64,000 nt of DNA from an uncultured Pseudomonadota bacterium. GTDB lineage: Bacteria; Pseudomonadota; Alphaproteobacteria; Rhizobiales; Xanthobacteraceae. Made by a program: the position numbers and the translations under genes. The notes under the pieces are model-generated. The model saw only the letters and a program-made list of their open reading frames with translations, ran no database searches and was not told where the DNA came from. How positions within the stretch are numbered: the first letter of the stretch is position 1; each line of letters begins with the position of its first letter. Of this stretch, positions 63,556-64,000 are shown in pieces. Location: positions 65,377 through 129,376 of the forward strand of contig CAWHJZ010000013.1 in NCBI GenBank assembly GCA_963829785.1, in the 5' to 3' direction.

Positions 63556-64000
63556 TTACCCCAGCTTTTCCTTCATCCAATCCGCGCTCTGCGAGCGCCA
63601 GCGGTAGGCGCGGTTGGTGGCGATGTGGTTGCCGTCCTCGACATCATCAGGTCGACCGGCCCCTTGACCTCGCGCGCCAGCCGCTCGGCGTCGGCCGCCG
63701 GCACGATGCGGTCGTTGCCGGCCGTTCACGATGTAGATCGGGCAGGTGATGTTGTGCGCCACGCCTTCCAGCGTCAGCGTGGCGGCGTTCTTCCTGCGCC
63801 TCGTCCATGCGTCTCGCAATGGCTGCGCACGCGGAAGGCTTCGCGCGTCAGCTCCGGCAGCCCGTCCAAGGCCGCCTGCCAGTCGAACGGCCCGCCGAGC
63901 GCGATGCAGGCCTTGATGCGCTTCTCGAAAGCGGCGGCGCGCGGCGCGTAATAGCCGCCGAGGCTGACGCCCCACATGCCGACGCGCTTGGCGTCGAGAT
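63556..64000 (-). CDS. Alpha/beta hydrolase C-terminal part (FrsA / dihydroxypseudooxynicotine hydrolase-like), frameshifted, runs off window
   Basis: GVSLGGYYAPRAAAFEKRIKAC nucleophile elbow; ITCPIYIV; EDGNHIATN. Confidence 0.8.
   Translation of the reverse strand, partial: SRRQARRHVGRQPRRLLRAARRRFREAHQGLHRARRAVRLAGGLGRAAGADARSLPRAQPLRDAWTRRRKNAATLTLEGVAHNITCPIYIVNGRQRPHRAGGRRRAAGARGQGAGRPDDVEDGNHIATNRAYRWRSQSADWMKEKLG

Noticed and set aside
60666-64000. tRNA-Thr-anchored prophage or island
   Set aside because: Downstream genes are metabolic or transport; no integrase or att repeat in the window

Overview
High-GC alphaproteobacterial chromosome segment. Gene content and order suggest Hyphomicrobiales, probably Xanthobacteraceae/Nitrobacteraceae-like (inference). 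It is mostly core genome: leuS, yggS, cenR-cNMP-xth, lolA-ftsK, two tandem glnK-amtB operons, tesB/ubi hydroxylase, cnoX-LON-Trm112, tRNA-Gly, a CytB-DHC/SHP/DHC cytochrome operon, ggt, large NAD-GDH, purH, rsmB, acs, gpsA-tsaD, hemC-hemD-mic60-hemY and tRNA-Thr. Many essential genes are broken by single indels, which points to long-read consensus errors rather than pseudogenes. The most unusual signal is non-coding. A 96-aa stand-alone GIY-YIG nuclease gene is enclosed by 34-bp inverted repeats, each a covarying hairpin (43496-43870). A gene-less copy with the same two ends (36-nt perfect match) lies at 29128-29285. Together they look like an autonomous/non-autonomous pair of a REP-mobilising element with a GIY-YIG nuclease in place of a RAYT. 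Also present: a GCATAG...CTATGC multi-hairpin micro-insert nested inside four different palindrome families, a covarying twin-hairpin element in the same orientation just before two envelope-related genes, and candidate FixK/Fnr, CtrA, sigma54, LysR and OmpR-type sites. All calls come from reading the sequence; no searches were run.
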